A stretch of 63,831 bases of DNA, filler included, from Octopus bimaculoides (GCF_001194135.2; 4 parts of 3 records of this genome joined end to end with filler, not necessarily neighbours in it); one strand, 5' to 3'; counted from the first letter of the whole stretch, positions 13,267 to 25,610 are shown. Made by a program: numbers and translations. The notes: generated from the sequence alone by a model not told the origin.

Positions 13267-13331
13267 CATTCCATGTCGTAATCGTCAGGGTCACCTTCAA
13301 AGGTGGAAGCCTCCATATCAACAAAGAATAA
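13267..13331 (-). CDS. Candidate isolated internal coding exon (LFFVDMEASTFEGDPDDYDMEW), product unknown
   Basis: Minus strand: T-rich acceptor ttgttgtttttttttttgcggatag, 65-nt open frame, donor GTAAAC; GC-richer than its flanks. No partner exons identified. Confidence 0.35.
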
Positions 13332-14134
13332 CTATCCGCAAAAAAAAAACAACAACTTATCTTTCACTCTAACCAGCTCGCTTACACGAATTACATGACT
13401 GATCATCAAAAAATACAGCTATTTGTACCGACATATTTAAAGAAACGAACAGAATGTAAGTAGAAGCGGGCGTTAATTTATTATGTGATAAAGTCCATAA
13501 TTTCAATATAATGTTCTGTGTGCATAAAGCGTTAATAAATTCGTTCTGCTACAAACAACAGACACCCATAAAGATATATGCACCATAAACACTCGCAGCT
13601 GTTCGTACACTTCCATTAACAAAAATGTGCAGACGCATATATATGTGCATGGGTTCGTATGTGTGTGTGTGTATGTGTGTGTGTGACTGTGTGTGTGTGT
13701 GTGTATGTATTTATGTATGTATACATACACACGCACATGTACTATGCGTATGAGGTACGTATGGATATATATATATGTTATGGATATTATGGATATATAT
13801 ATAACTATGCGTATATATATATATAATTATGGATATATATATATATATATATACATAATTATATATATATACGCATAGTTATATATATATTTATCCATAT
13901 GTGTGTGTGGGGTGGTGTTTCGATAAATATATGTATATATAAATGTAAATACATTCATGTATTTATATCTACCCCAGTACTTGATTTGTCTATTTTTTAA
14001 AGCCTGGTAAATAATTCTAACGGATTCTTTTACCAAACGGACGTAAACACCCCAATACCGATTGTCAAGTGGTGGTAGGGGACAAACATACACACACACA
14101 TACATGTGTGTGTGTGTGTGAGTATCTGGTCTCG

Positions 14135-14400
14135 GGAGTTCGAGAAAGACGGTTCTGCAATTTATAGCTCAACAGTCTACACAGATGATTTATTTATAGT
14201 AATCAAATGTCCGTGCTGCACATTAGCTCAAATCGACATTACCTGTACAGGTGTGCACGGTATACCACACATCACATGTCGAAGTGATCGGTGAGCAACC
14301 CGAGATGAAGTGATTTGCTCAAGACCACAACGCGCCGCCTGGTCGGAAATCGAGACCACGATCTCGAGATCGTGAGTGCAACACCCTAACCACTACGCCA
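14135..14400 (-). mobile_element. tRNA-derived SINE (family E) with CORE-like central block
   Basis: Minus head TGGCGTAGTGGTTAGGGTGTTGCACTCACGATC..GGTCTCGATTTCC, followed by TCTTGAGCAAATCACTTCATCTC. Confidence 0.75.
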
Positions 14401-14429
14401 TTCACCCTCTCTCTCTCTCTCTCACACAC

Positions 14430-14471
<42 letters not shown>

Positions 14472-15179
14472 GGACACAAGGCACACACATACACACACAC
14501 ACACACACACGTTCACACATATACACAGTCTTTCAACCAATGAAAAAAATATATATAGCTCTCATAACGCAAATTTTAACAACTGAAGTTAAATGATCTC
14601 ACACCAGGGAGCTATAGTTGTAATGGACAAAGTATTAAACATCAAATGTAAAAAAGAAATAAATTTTCTCTTTCCTTCCTACCATTAAATGGCTATCTAA
14701 TGTATGGAAGACCATTTTATCTGTTTACAGACATGTTAGCAAAGGCATTCGCTCGGGAAGATAGCTGTTTTGTTTGTTTTTGTATATAATTTTAGTTTAA
14801 CCTCATCGAAAGTAAGAAGTATATCACCGACATATAAGATTGTCAAATGAAAATTATTGATAGATTAATGCGCCTAAATGATGGACTTCATACGACTAAT
14901 GGAAAAATGGAGGGATTATTATTGCATGATACGAATCCATCCATGATATTCACACGCGCACGCGCGCACATATACACTCACACACGTGACCCCACTCATG
15001 GAGATACGCACGCATATAATTATGAATATATATGTATATCCGTGTATATGTATGTGTGTGTGTGTGTGCATGCGTGCGTGAATGTGTGTGTGTGTGTGTG
15101 TGTATGTGTGTGTAAGTGTGGGTGAACGTTTTCAATATTCTTAAAGCCAAAACAATGGAAATTACAAAAATTGATAATA

Positions 15180-16135
15180 CAAGTCGATAGTTGCGATTTT
15201 TCAGAGTTAGGACCCCTTCTTTAGGTAATTTACGGAAAAAGGGTGTTGAGAGCTGATTTCTCTGCTCTGTAATGTGTATGTATAAAGGGTTGCTTTACAT
15301 TGCTATAATATTCAGTGAACTGCATGCAATTCAGATCTGGTACTAATTCGCGGGTTGTTCATGTAAATGAAAATAGCTTCTTTTATTCTCAAGTTCCCAA
15401 CGTTTCGTTCTTTTTTTCTTTAGCTTCGACGTAAACTTGAATGCTTGAGTGTGGCATTTTCGTAGGTGTTGTTTGATGGAAGAAGTATTACCAAAGAGGT
15501 GCACTTTTACCCGTATGTGAACCTGTCTGGTTACATTTTCTACACGTGATTTTATACATCACGTATGACCACAGACATATATCTTTATCTTTGATCAGCA
15601 GTCGAGCAATGTACTTGAGGTGTTGTTTTGTCTTGGCCTATTTTTACTTGAAAACCCACTTTGGAAAGTTGAATATATGATTGGCGTGTGCCAATCATAT
15701 ATTTACGGATCGCACGGCGGATTGCAGTAGTTGATTTTTTCGTTAAAATGTGACAGTTTCAGAAATCAGGTTATCCTGGGTATGTGGGTTTTTTTTTAGA
15801 TGGCTTGGTGATATCCTGGCCTTTAGTAGAGTACGGATACGAAATCTCCATCAGGACTTTTTGGAATTAAATGGTAGCGAGTTTTTGCTTCTCGTTTCGT
15901 TGCATTTACAGCCTATCCTGCGCGTCACATTTCTAATGTAGACCATCGTAGCTCCGATAAGAAGATACGAATTATGATGTGCAAATGGCCCTTGCGTACT
16001 GCTTTTGTGTAAAGATTAGAGTAGCCGGATCCGTTCTGTGTGATTTTGAGTTCAAAATCAAGCAGAGATAAGGAACCAGTATTACTATGAAGTTCCACTT
16101 CACATTTTAAATGTTCAGTCATATTGTTGAACATA
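15180..16135 (-). mobile_element. Decayed Penelope-like element: RT thumb, GIY-YIG and 3' region
   Basis: HLKCEVELHSNTGSLSLLDFELKI..SNLYTKA (ORF 15925-16134), YVMYKITCRKCN, HIRVK.HL..SSIKQHLRKC, EAIFIYMNNPRISTRSEL. Confidence 0.85.
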
Positions 16136-18044
16136 TTTTATATTCTAAACTTCCCCGCGAGAGGATATTTATATGAGGATCATCATATATTTAAAATATT
16201 TATATTCACCACAAAATGCTTCGTGAAAACTATACAATTCAGATATCTTATATATGTATGTGTGTATNNNNNNNNNNNNNNNNNNNNNNNNNNNNNNNNN
16301 NNNNNNNNNNNNNNNNNNNNNNNNNNNNNNNNNNNNNNNNNNNNNNNNNNNNNNNNNNNNNNNNNNNNNNNNNNNNNNNNNNNNNNNNNNNNNNNNNNNA
16401 TATATGTATGTATATATATGTGTGTATATTTGTATATGTGTATGTGTGTATGCATATACATATATATTGACAAGCAGCAAGAGACAAGGGGAAATAGAAA
16501 ACAGAGAAAGCGAAAGAGAGAATGACTGACGGGTGACTGACGATCAAGAATGTGAAACCCCGTCAGCCTTTAGTAGATTTGATCTTCTGTTGTAAAATAT
16601 TGAGAAATGTTTCGTAGACTCACTTATACTGTAGTAATAAAACTTACTTCTTTCTCTCTTTCTCTCTCTCACACATACACACACAAACATACACACACAT
16701 ACATTCATGCATACATATATTTGTATGATACATGTAGGTATTAGTAAACGAAGTCAATTAATAAATAAAAATAAAGTGTTCGGTACGATGGCAGAGTAAA
16801 ATATATGGCGATTCTTGAACTTATGGCACTGCTTCCATTTTGTTAGCCAACGGTGTGTATATATATATGTGTGTGTGTGTGTGTGTGCGTTTGTGGACGT
16901 GTGTGGATGTGTATAGATGCATATATATTTGTATATGTATATATACATGTATGTATATTTATATATATATATNNNNNNNNNNNNNNNNNNNNNNNNNNNN
17001 NNNNNNNNNNNNNNNNNNNNNNNNNNNNNNNNNNNNNNNNNNNNNNNNNNNNNNNNNNNNNNNNNNNNNNNNNNNNNNNNNNNNNNNNNNNNNNNNNNNN
17101 NNNNNNNNNNNNNNNNNNNNNNNNNNNNNNNNNNNNNNNNNNNNNNNNNNNNNNNNNNNNNNNNNNNNNNNNNNNNNNNNNNNNNNNNNNNNNNNNNNNN
17201 NNNNNNNNNNNNNNNNNNNNNNNNNNNNNNNNNNNNNNNNNNNNNNNNNNNNNNNNNNNNNNNNNNNNNNNNNNNNNNNNNNNNNNNNNNNNNNNNNNNN
17301 NNNNNNNNNNNNNNNNNNNNNNNNNNNNNNNNNNNNNNNNNNNNNNNNNNNNNNNNNNNNNNNNNNNNNNNNNNNNNNNNNNNNNNNNNNNNNNNNNNNN
17401 NNNNNNNNNNNNNNNNNNNNNNNNNNNNNNNNNNNNNNNNNNNNNNNNNNNNNNNNNNNNNNNNNNNNNNNNNNNNNNNNNNNNNNNNNNNNNNNNNNNN
17501 NNNNNNNNNNNNNNNNNNNNNNNNNNNNNNNNNNNNNNNNNNNNNNNNNNNNNNNNNNNNNNNNNNNNNNNNNNNNNNNNNNNNNNNNNNNNNNNNNNNN
17601 NNNNNNNNNNNNNNNNNNNNNNNNNNNNNNNNNNNNNNNNNNNNNNNNNNNNNNNNNNNNNNNNNNNNNNNNNNNNNNNNNNNNNNNNNNNNNNNNNNNN
17701 NNNNNNNNNNNNNNNNNNNNNNNNNNNNNNNNNNNNNNNNNNNNNNNNNNNNNNNNNNNNNNNNNNNNNNNNNNNNNNNNNNNNNNNNNNNNNNNNNNNN
17801 NNNNNNNNNNNNNNNNNNNNNNNNNNNNNNNNNNNNNNNNNNNNNNNNNNNNNNNNNNNNNNNNNNNNNNNNNNNNNNNNNNNNNNNATATGTACATGTG
17901 CATGTATGTATGTATGTATGTATGTATGTATGTATGTATGTGCGTGTACATGTGTGCGCGTATGCATCTGTGTACATGCGTATGCATGTGTGCTTGCCTA
18001 TATATATATATGTATGTATATGTATGTACATGTATGTATATGTA

Positions 18045-18272
18045 TGGCAGAATCGTTAGCGTGCCGGGCAAAATGCTTAGCAGTATTCCGTCTGCCGTTA
18101 CGTTCAAAGTTCAAATTCCGCCGAGGTCGACTTTGCCTTTCATCCTTTCGGGGTCGATAAATTAAGTATCAGTTACGCACTGGAGTCGATGTAACCGACT
18201 TAATCCGTTTGTCTGTCCTTGTTTGTCCCCTCTATGTTTATCCCCTTGTGGGCAATAAAGAAATAAGATAGA
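18045..18272 (+). mobile_element. SINE family A, well preserved
   Basis: TGGCAGAATCGTTAGC A-box and GTTCAAATTCC B-box; near-identical to 57385-57625. Confidence 0.9.
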
Positions 18273-18577
18273 TAGATAGATAGATAGATAGACAGACAGG
18301 CAAGCACGCAAAGTTTTATGTAAGTGAACACGTACCTTACGACCATGATCTCTGTTGCAGAGAGGGAAGTGGGATATGAAGAGGTAGAGAAATGTTGAAC
18401 TTGTAGAGACTTTGGCACACTGGTTTAAATGCATCACCTTCTAAGTTTCAATTTTCAAATCCTACCTGTGTCTGCTTTACCTTTCTCCTCCCCCCATAGT
18501 TGATAAAATAACGCACCAGTGATGTGTTGAAGATTGATATCCATCACTAAACCCTTCTGAACAAGGTCAATGCAAAA

Positions 18578-18957
18578 GTTGTTGGCGTTCCGTCGCTTAC
18601 GACGTCGAGGGTTCCAGTTGATCCGATCAAGGGAACAGCCTGCTCGTGAAATTAACGTGCAAGTGGCTGAGCACTCCACAGACACGTGTACCCTTAACGT
18701 AGTTCTCGGGGATATTCAGCGTGACACAGTGTGACAAGGCTGGCCCTTTAATACAGGCTCAACAGAAACAGGAAGTAAGAGTGAGAGAAAGTTGTGGTGG
18801 AAGAGTACATCAGGGTTCGCCACCATCCCCTGCCGGAGCCTCGTGGAGCTTTATGTGTTTTCGCTCAATAAACACTCACAACGCCCGGTCTGGGAATCGA
18901 AACCGCGATCCTATGACCGCGAGTCCGCTGCCCTAACCACTGGGCCATTGCGCCTCC
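18578..18957 (-). mobile_element. tRNA-derived SINE (family D here), full length with TSD
   Basis: Minus head GGAGGCGCAATGGCCCAGTGGTTAGGGCAGCGGACTCGCGG..GGTTTCGATTCCC, (CAA)n tail; 11-bp TSD AATGCAAAAGT at 18569-18579 and 18959-18969. Confidence 0.92.
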
Positions 18958-19571
18958 TAATGCAAAAGTATATTCTACCTTACCTACATTCAAAACGCAA
19001 GTGTAGAACCATCAAGAAATATGTAAATAAGTCTTTACTAACAATGAGTCTCTAAGTGAAATGATCTAGTCGCTTGTAGTAAAATGAATGAAAAGCTTCT
19101 TGGATGGAGAAAGAGGTGAAGAGCTGCTTATAGGACTCGAACTACATACTTTCTGTAAACTAGATAGCTGTATGATCAATATTAAAGTGGCCTCATGCCT
19201 TTCTCCGGTTAAATTAAAACGTTTTAATCTTACCAGAAAGAAGTTTATTTCCATTCAGAACGTAAATTTAGACGTAGCAAGATATATGTAAAAGAAAAAA
19301 ACCCCTCTTTTTTGACGATGTATTTCAGAATTCAGTCATAAACAATAACTTATAAGACATTGAATTAAAACCTCTTTAATTCATTGGGGGAAAATACTGA
19401 GAGTTACTGGTGCAACTCGTACCATGCAACTTTTCTTTCTCGCTAATAAAATTAAAACGTTAAGTTTAATAGCAGAAAGATAGAAGGATGGTTTGATGTA
19501 ATTGATAGCGCATTTGTCTAAGTTACAGATGTCCCACAGACAGCTTTCTCGTTTTTTTTTTTTCCATTGAG

Positions 19572-21079
19572 GTGGTTTAACTTAATGTTAAAGCTGTTAT
19601 GTCTGAACTCACTTCGATACACATCCTCAATGAAAATTTATTTACATTGTTAATATTCAAAAGAAATATAATTTTAATGCTTTCACTATGTGCAGTTTTG
19701 TACCTTTCAAATATATTTATTTCAAACTTGATTCCAATCAGTTTTACTTAATGTTATTTAATACTATTTAATATATTGAAAAGTCATTGGCATTGTATTG
19801 ATTTGACAATATAAGTGCGCTAAAGCTGCAGCAACTAATCAGTAATATTTTCATTATATTTGCCAATGAAATTAATAACGGATCCGACAATATAAACTGA
19901 AAATGTTTTGAATATTCCATTCAATAAATTATTGATATCTTACCAGCTAAAACATAGCGACTTTCTCGCTTCACTAAACAAAAAACGCCTCATAAATAAT
20001 TATTCAAGCCAAAAAATCATTATGGATATACAAACACAGATGCACATCTACACCTGTTCATAATATGTCCGTGATTGCTCAGGTCACTTAACAACTTCTA
20101 TATGTGAAGGCGTAGCTAATATATTACTCATAGATTCAGCTAGGAAAGAGGATTTAACATTTCCTTCTGGGATATAAACATGTAGATAAGCAACAAATAT
20201 TGTTTTCACTTAACTCACAATTCTTTCCAGCTCAATGGTATTTGGGTGTAAAAATTGTCAGTTATGAAATCCATTTCCTATTGTCATATTTGAGAAACTC
20301 TTTTACAGTGTTATTTAGCCGAAGGTGAGAGCTCCGCTTCGCTGCTTGTACATTCTAATTATTAGAGGCGGTAAAGTAGTTAGTATTGACTCCTGGAGTT
20401 CTAGGTGATTGTCTTAGAGGTCAATAAGCACTTGAATCGGTTTTGAGCACTAATGATGCTGGATTATTAATGAATTTGGAAGAGAGTGTAATTTAAGACT
20501 AAAACTTACTAATTTCCAACCAAATATAAATGTAGTATCTAGCATTTACATAATACATATTTCACATTAGATATTATGTGAATATATTTTTATTGATCTT
20601 TAACAATTTCGTTAAGTATTTTTATTAAATTTCTTTAAATATTTCTTATTAAAAAGTAGTAATGACACAAAAGAAGGAAGGAATTGCTTTTTAAATAATA
20701 AAAGTTTTTACTATGCATTTTATTTTTATTTTAGACATGATGGGGGTCGGTGAGTTATCAATGATACCATGAAGGGATCAATGCTATAACAAGTTTGGCC
20801 ACACCGACTCCAATTGATCGGAGCAGAGGTGAGACAAGGCTCAAACATTGCCGCTGTCATTATGGATTATATCTAGTAAGTGACGTAACTTGTTCACCTA
20901 TATCTTTTTAAATATAAAACTGAAATAACCCACATAATGTGTTAGTAAATTGTGATGCATTACTGCTCACTCGCCTCTTCACCAACCGAGGCAACCGTTT
21001 GTATCATACTTCCTTGACAGCTGAACAATATAAGTACTTAATGGACAGGATGCGAGCTGTCATGATGCGTGAAAACTCG
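19572..21079 (+). pseudogene. Candidate decayed multi-exon gene (about 8 exon-like blocks, short introns), product unidentified
   Basis: GC-richer blocks preceded by pyrimidine tracts ending in AG: 19572-19648, 19742-19841, 19947-20024, 20083-20169, 20231-20324, 20405-20485, 20735-20875 and ~21023-21078. Strong donors follow 20324 (GTGAGA), 20875 (GTAAGT) and 21078 (GTAAAT). Reading frames contain scattered stops, and two donors lack GT. Confidence 0.4.
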
Positions 21080-21199
21080 TAAATCTGTATAACTAAATGA
21101 ATACAAAAAAAGTTACTATTCCAGAAAATACATTTTATCAACACAACTATTTAAGGAAAAGGCAGATAGAGAGAGAGAAAGAATGAGAGAGAGAAGGCG

Positions 21200-21570
21200 A
21201 TTATTCTTCCTAGCATCCTGCCCTTGAATAATTCTCAGACGAGACAGCCGGTTTCTATCACCTAAAAACTGAGATCATAACTACACATACAAGAAGAAAT
21301 TTGAAAGATCGTCTTTTTTTAGACCCAGCCGACAGAATTCTCGATATGCGATGGTATAATTAACCTATACAAAAAATTAATATTTTCTCAGAACGCCTAA
21401 ATTTTACTCCAACATCACATTACCCAAATCCAAATAAAATACCGGACGATATTTCATAGTTCTGTAGAAAATTGTACTTAACAGAGGAATTATTTGATAA
21501 AGAAAATAGTGACGAATGAATTATAAGGAACATACGCAATTACAAGCCCGTGAAAAGCTTGTAAGTACAA
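21200..21570 (+). mobile_element. Penelope-like element N-terminal ORF fragment
   Basis: One frame reads FLDPADRILDMRWYN*..ERLNFTPTSHYPNPNKIPDDIS*FCRKLYLTEELFDKENSDE, resembling the PLE N-terminal GLxFxPT..D..F.RKL.L.E.F block. Confidence 0.6.
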
Positions 21571-21714
21571 GCCCGCGAAAGATAAGATTAGAGAAATCGG
21601 TTAAGTTTTTAAAAGTTTAAAAATAAAAATCTAAATGAATATCTGTGCATTTTCAACTTCTTTTTTCTATATTTCTACCTGTGTGGAATAAAACAACTTT
21701 GTTTTATATATATA

Positions 21715-22603
21715 CTAGCTATTTTTCCCGGTTTCACTCGGGCAGTGTGGTGGATTTGGCTAAAGGCTATTTCCTATGTATATTTTGAATAATAAAAAGA
21801 ACTAAAAATAAAAAAGACAAAAATTCCAAAAACAAATAAAAAGTTAGAACAACCCCAAAACAATACGATGCTAAGGATTTTGCGGGTCGATATTGTAAAA
21901 CTAACTTCACGTGTGTACCCATAGCCCCATGTAGTCACGGAACCTTATTTGTGGTATAACCTCGCCTTAAAAGAAAAATATATGGTAGTGCGGTTGTTGT
22001 ATTGGCGACACAAGAATGTTAATCGAAACTGTTCAAGATCAATCATAGGTTGGACGTTCATGTACACTGATTAGAATTGTGAATTTCAATTATTGAAAAC
22101 GCGTTCCCGGATGGATACAATTGTGCAGAGTTCGTTTGTCTCAATATGGAAAAGCTGTTTGAATGTCGACGTTTGAAGACATTTGTAACTGAAGTTTAAA
22201 AAAACATAGTAATTATAAAGAGCGTAAGCTATAGCTTTTTTTTTAATGCACAAAAAATTGAAATTATTTTTTTTCTCTGCCTCTGATTAAAATTTTCGAA
22301 AAACAAACCCAGCCATCTTTATTGTGCTGGTTTTACGTAAAATTTCGCGCATGGGAAAGGCAACAAAATCGCCCCTCCCCACTTTGAATGGGATATTCCT
22401 ATCTTAAAAAGTAATAATCGATTATCTCGGTAACCATGGGAGTTGGAGGGCAATAAAAATCTTCTGAACAGGAGTGGACCATGTTGCCACTCTGTGCTGA
22501 ATTTCACGCGATTCCACTGCACCGTTCTCGAGTGAATCTGCCGACACTCAATCAATCAATCAAGCAAGCAAGCAATCAAGAACACTGCAATTTATAGTAG
22601 AGA
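21715..22603 (-). mobile_element. Non-autonomous Helitron (889 bp)
   Basis: Minus strand: A|TC 5' start at 22603, (CTTG/ATTG)n microsatellite near the 5' end, 3' hairpin CCCG-AGTGAAAC-CGGG (21727-21742) and CTAG|T terminus at 21715; no TSD, inserted between A and T. Confidence 0.8.
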
Positions 22604-23234
22604 TATATAATTTTTTCCCATTCCCATGTGCTCCACAGGTCTTCCGAACGCTAACCATGTAGAAGACATGGGAATGGATAAAAACTGATGAAATTAACTT
22701 TTTTCAGCTTATCGTACTTCGATACGGGAAAACGTGAAAATTACAAAATAACGTAGGCAGCTACACGCATTATAAAAGCAAAAAGAAAACATTCAATCGT
22801 TACCAGTTGTGACCGAGGGTGTTACGTAGTACCTATATTGCTAGAAATAAGAGTTAAAACCCTTCGAACTGCAAGAATGTGCATTTACATATACTGACAG
22901 GGGAGATAACCGCACTGGACAAGACTAGTTTCGTCTGTAAAATTGCAAACTCGTCGGCAGTGACTACTCCATCACCGAATGGCTTAGCTAAATCCGAACT
23001 GTCAGAGTATATATATATATATNNNNNNNNNNNNNNNNNNNNNNNNNNNNNNNNNNNNNNNNNNNNNNNNNNNNNNNNNNNNNNNNNNNNNNNNNNNNNN
23101 NNNNNNNNNNNNNNNNNNNNNNNNNNNNNNNNNNNNNNNNNNNNNNNNNNNNNNNNNNNNNNNNNNNNNNNNNNNNNNNNNNNNNNNNNNNNNNNNNNNN
23201 NNNNNNNNNNNNNNNNNNNNNNNNNNNNNNNNNN

Positions 23235-23286
<52 letters not shown>

Positions 23287-23329
23287 GAGAAAGTAAGTAG
23301 GCATTAAAAATTGATAATAAAATCCATAT

Positions 23330-24470
23330 TACTTTTACAAACTTATTGAAACAAATGAAACATTCTTTATTAGATGGGAAAATGAAAGTCAATCTTCATA
23401 TTTCAACGTAAGCACCGGTGACGTCGACCAGTTTCCTTAAATGGCCAGGGATGAAATGAACAACCCTCTGAAGGACGTCGTGTGGGATACCTTTGAGAAC
23501 CTCCTGAATCTGTGTCTCCAGATCCTCCAGTTTGTGAAGTTTTGTCTTGTATACCTCCTTTTTTGTGTAACCCCACAGGTACAAATCACATGGAGTGAAA
23601 TATGGACTTCTTGGAGGCCATTCATGATGTCCGCGTCGTCCCATCCAAAGTCCTGGAAAATGTTGGTCTAATCACGCATGCACAGTAAGAGTAAAATGGG
23701 TTGGTGCACTATTCTGTATGAATATCAGGTCACCGATGTTATTCCAGCCAGACACCGTGAACCACACGTAATTTTCGAGCATCTGAAGACAGCGGTCCAT
23801 ATTCATGGTGTCACGCAGAAGATATAGGCCGACAACTCTTGTTGCTGTCATTCCGAACCACATGGTCACTTTTGGTCGAGCTTGCATCCATCATTTCCGG
23901 ATCCTTATCACACGACGCCCAGTAATGGCAGTTGTGACGATTGATGAAACCACCAATATTGGAATACAGCCTCGTCAATCCAGAGGATTTGTTCAAACAA
24001 CTCAGGTCAATCTTCATGCCAACCTAGCATTAACTCTCCATATTCCATTCTGCGGTCACAGTCTTTAGGTTTTAGCTCCTGTACATAATGGGGTTTCCAC
24101 GGATGAAAATTCAATTTTTTATGCAACACTGTACGTATTGTGTGTCTCGTTAGTCTACTTTCACGAGCTGCTTGACGTGTTGATTTTTTGCGGGCTGCGA
24201 TTAAACATTTCCTGCACTGTTGTCACGCTCTCCGTTGATCGGGATGTGGTTGGACGGCCACTTCTTCTTGCATCGTTCACAGAGCCCATGGTCATAAGCT
24301 TTGTTGTATGACAACTTTTTATTGTCTCAGGACGTAGTGTTGCATGCTTACCTTTCCATGCACGCCACCATCTCTGAACTAAAACAACGGAATTCCACAC
24401 TTCATAGCGTGATGCTATGTTAACTCGCCCCTGAACAGTCAAGTGAGCTGCCATCAGGAAAATAAGAAAT
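23330..24470 (-). mobile_element. Decayed Tc1/mariner-superfamily transposon, DD41D (rosa/Visitor)-type transposase pseudogene
   Basis: HTH region ..DARRSGRP.., then KLNFHPWKPHYVQEL, ILWIDEAVF (D1), IQNSAPTHF (D2 mutated to N) and WPPRSPYFTPCD (D3); 41 residues between D2 and D3 when reading through the TGA at 23672; TIRs not found. Confidence 0.88.
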
Positions 24471-24484
24471 AAGAAATAAGACAT

Positions 24485-25610
24485 TTAAAAAATCCCCATT
24501 AATGTCTGTTTGGAAAATGTTTTAGGTGTTTTAGGAGGCCGTCGTTGGTAATTATTGCGTGTGGTACGGGTTTGTTGTGCATGGTTGTTTAGTAGATTGT
24601 TAGAACGAAAATTTCGTTGGTAACTTCTTATGGGAGGGAAGAGGTTGCAGTGTCTATCCTGCGGGTAGTGATTTTTCCTTTCTCTGTTTGAAGTTGGAGT
24701 ACTCCTGATATTGTATCGCTGGTGGCTTACAAAGTTAGGGTTACATCCTGTATTCTTTTTTTGGTAGGGGTGATGGTTCCGTTTTTTAGTTAGGTGTGAA
24801 TCAGTGCTTGAGTGTTGTATTGATTTTCTTATTTTCAGGAAAGGGTTGTTGGAAGCGTGCTCTGTTTGAAAGATGGTTTCATAGTTTGAGAACCAAGTGG
24901 CACTTTTCTCCCAGCGTTGGAGGGATTTCAGTTCTTCTTTATCACAATCCTCTTTCCATAGTTTGGAGATCTTCTCTTGGGTCATTTTGCTAATTTCTTG
25001 GTTAATCTTTTCATCGATAGACTTTTACTTTATCTTCATTTGTCTGGGCCCTCAATTTTAGAAGTTCTATTTCCATTTTCATTTTTTCCATTACCATTCT
25101 TTACCTGAGGCGTCTTTGTGTTTCAGGTTCATCTGTAATGGCTTTGATCTGGAGTTTAAGTGGGAGTATTAACGGTGTCTGATTGAGCCATTTTTTGTAT
25201 ACATCCGCTTTGTTGTTGTTTAGTATCATCTTCCAAAAGACAAACTTTCCATCTCTGAGTGATTTGTTCATTTGGTATGTTGTCAGAGTATTGATCCCAT
25301 ATGCTGCCTCGTTTGGAGGTCCTTGGTTCGCGTTGTTAGAGAAAAATGTTCTAATCGTTTCACATAAGTTTCCAAGGTTTTGGACGATTTGGAAGGTTGT
25401 ATTTTTCGCATCGATTTCCTCATTGTTCTCTCGATTGGGTTCGTGTGTCGAGTCGAATTTATTCAAGAACGTTAACAGATTTGTGTTGATTTTCTTGAGT
25501 TCTTTCAGTATTTCTTCATTTATGGTAGTGATTGTGTCTGTTTTTGTTGGCATTTTCTGCATCTCGTGTGGGGTAATGATATGTAGAAGGTTGAAAAGGA
25601 ACACACGAGT

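Noticed and set aside
18900-18957. tRNA-like heads with A/B boxes here and in other SINEs
   Set aside because: They continue into SINE bodies and tails with TSDs and are not tRNA genes.
20210-20235. TCTTTCCAGCTCA resembling the 3' end of miR-750
   Set aside because: No seed match and no precursor hairpin; it coincides with a splice-acceptor-like tract.
20735-20875. Three in-frame TGA codons plus an AUGA-containing hairpin (selenoprotein/SECIS idea)
   Set aside because: The helix is too short for SECIS geometry, it lies within the putative exon rather than a 3' UTR, and neighbouring blocks have TAA/TAG stops.
21200-21470. Further exon-like blocks extending the 19.6-21.1 kb candidate
   Set aside because: They read through as one frame matching a PLE N-terminal motif, and the apparent 38-nt intron is too short.
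24110-24135. TACAGTGTTGCATAAAAAA (minus) resembling a Tc1 TIR start
   Set aside because: It is in-frame transposase coding sequence (TVLHKKLNF).
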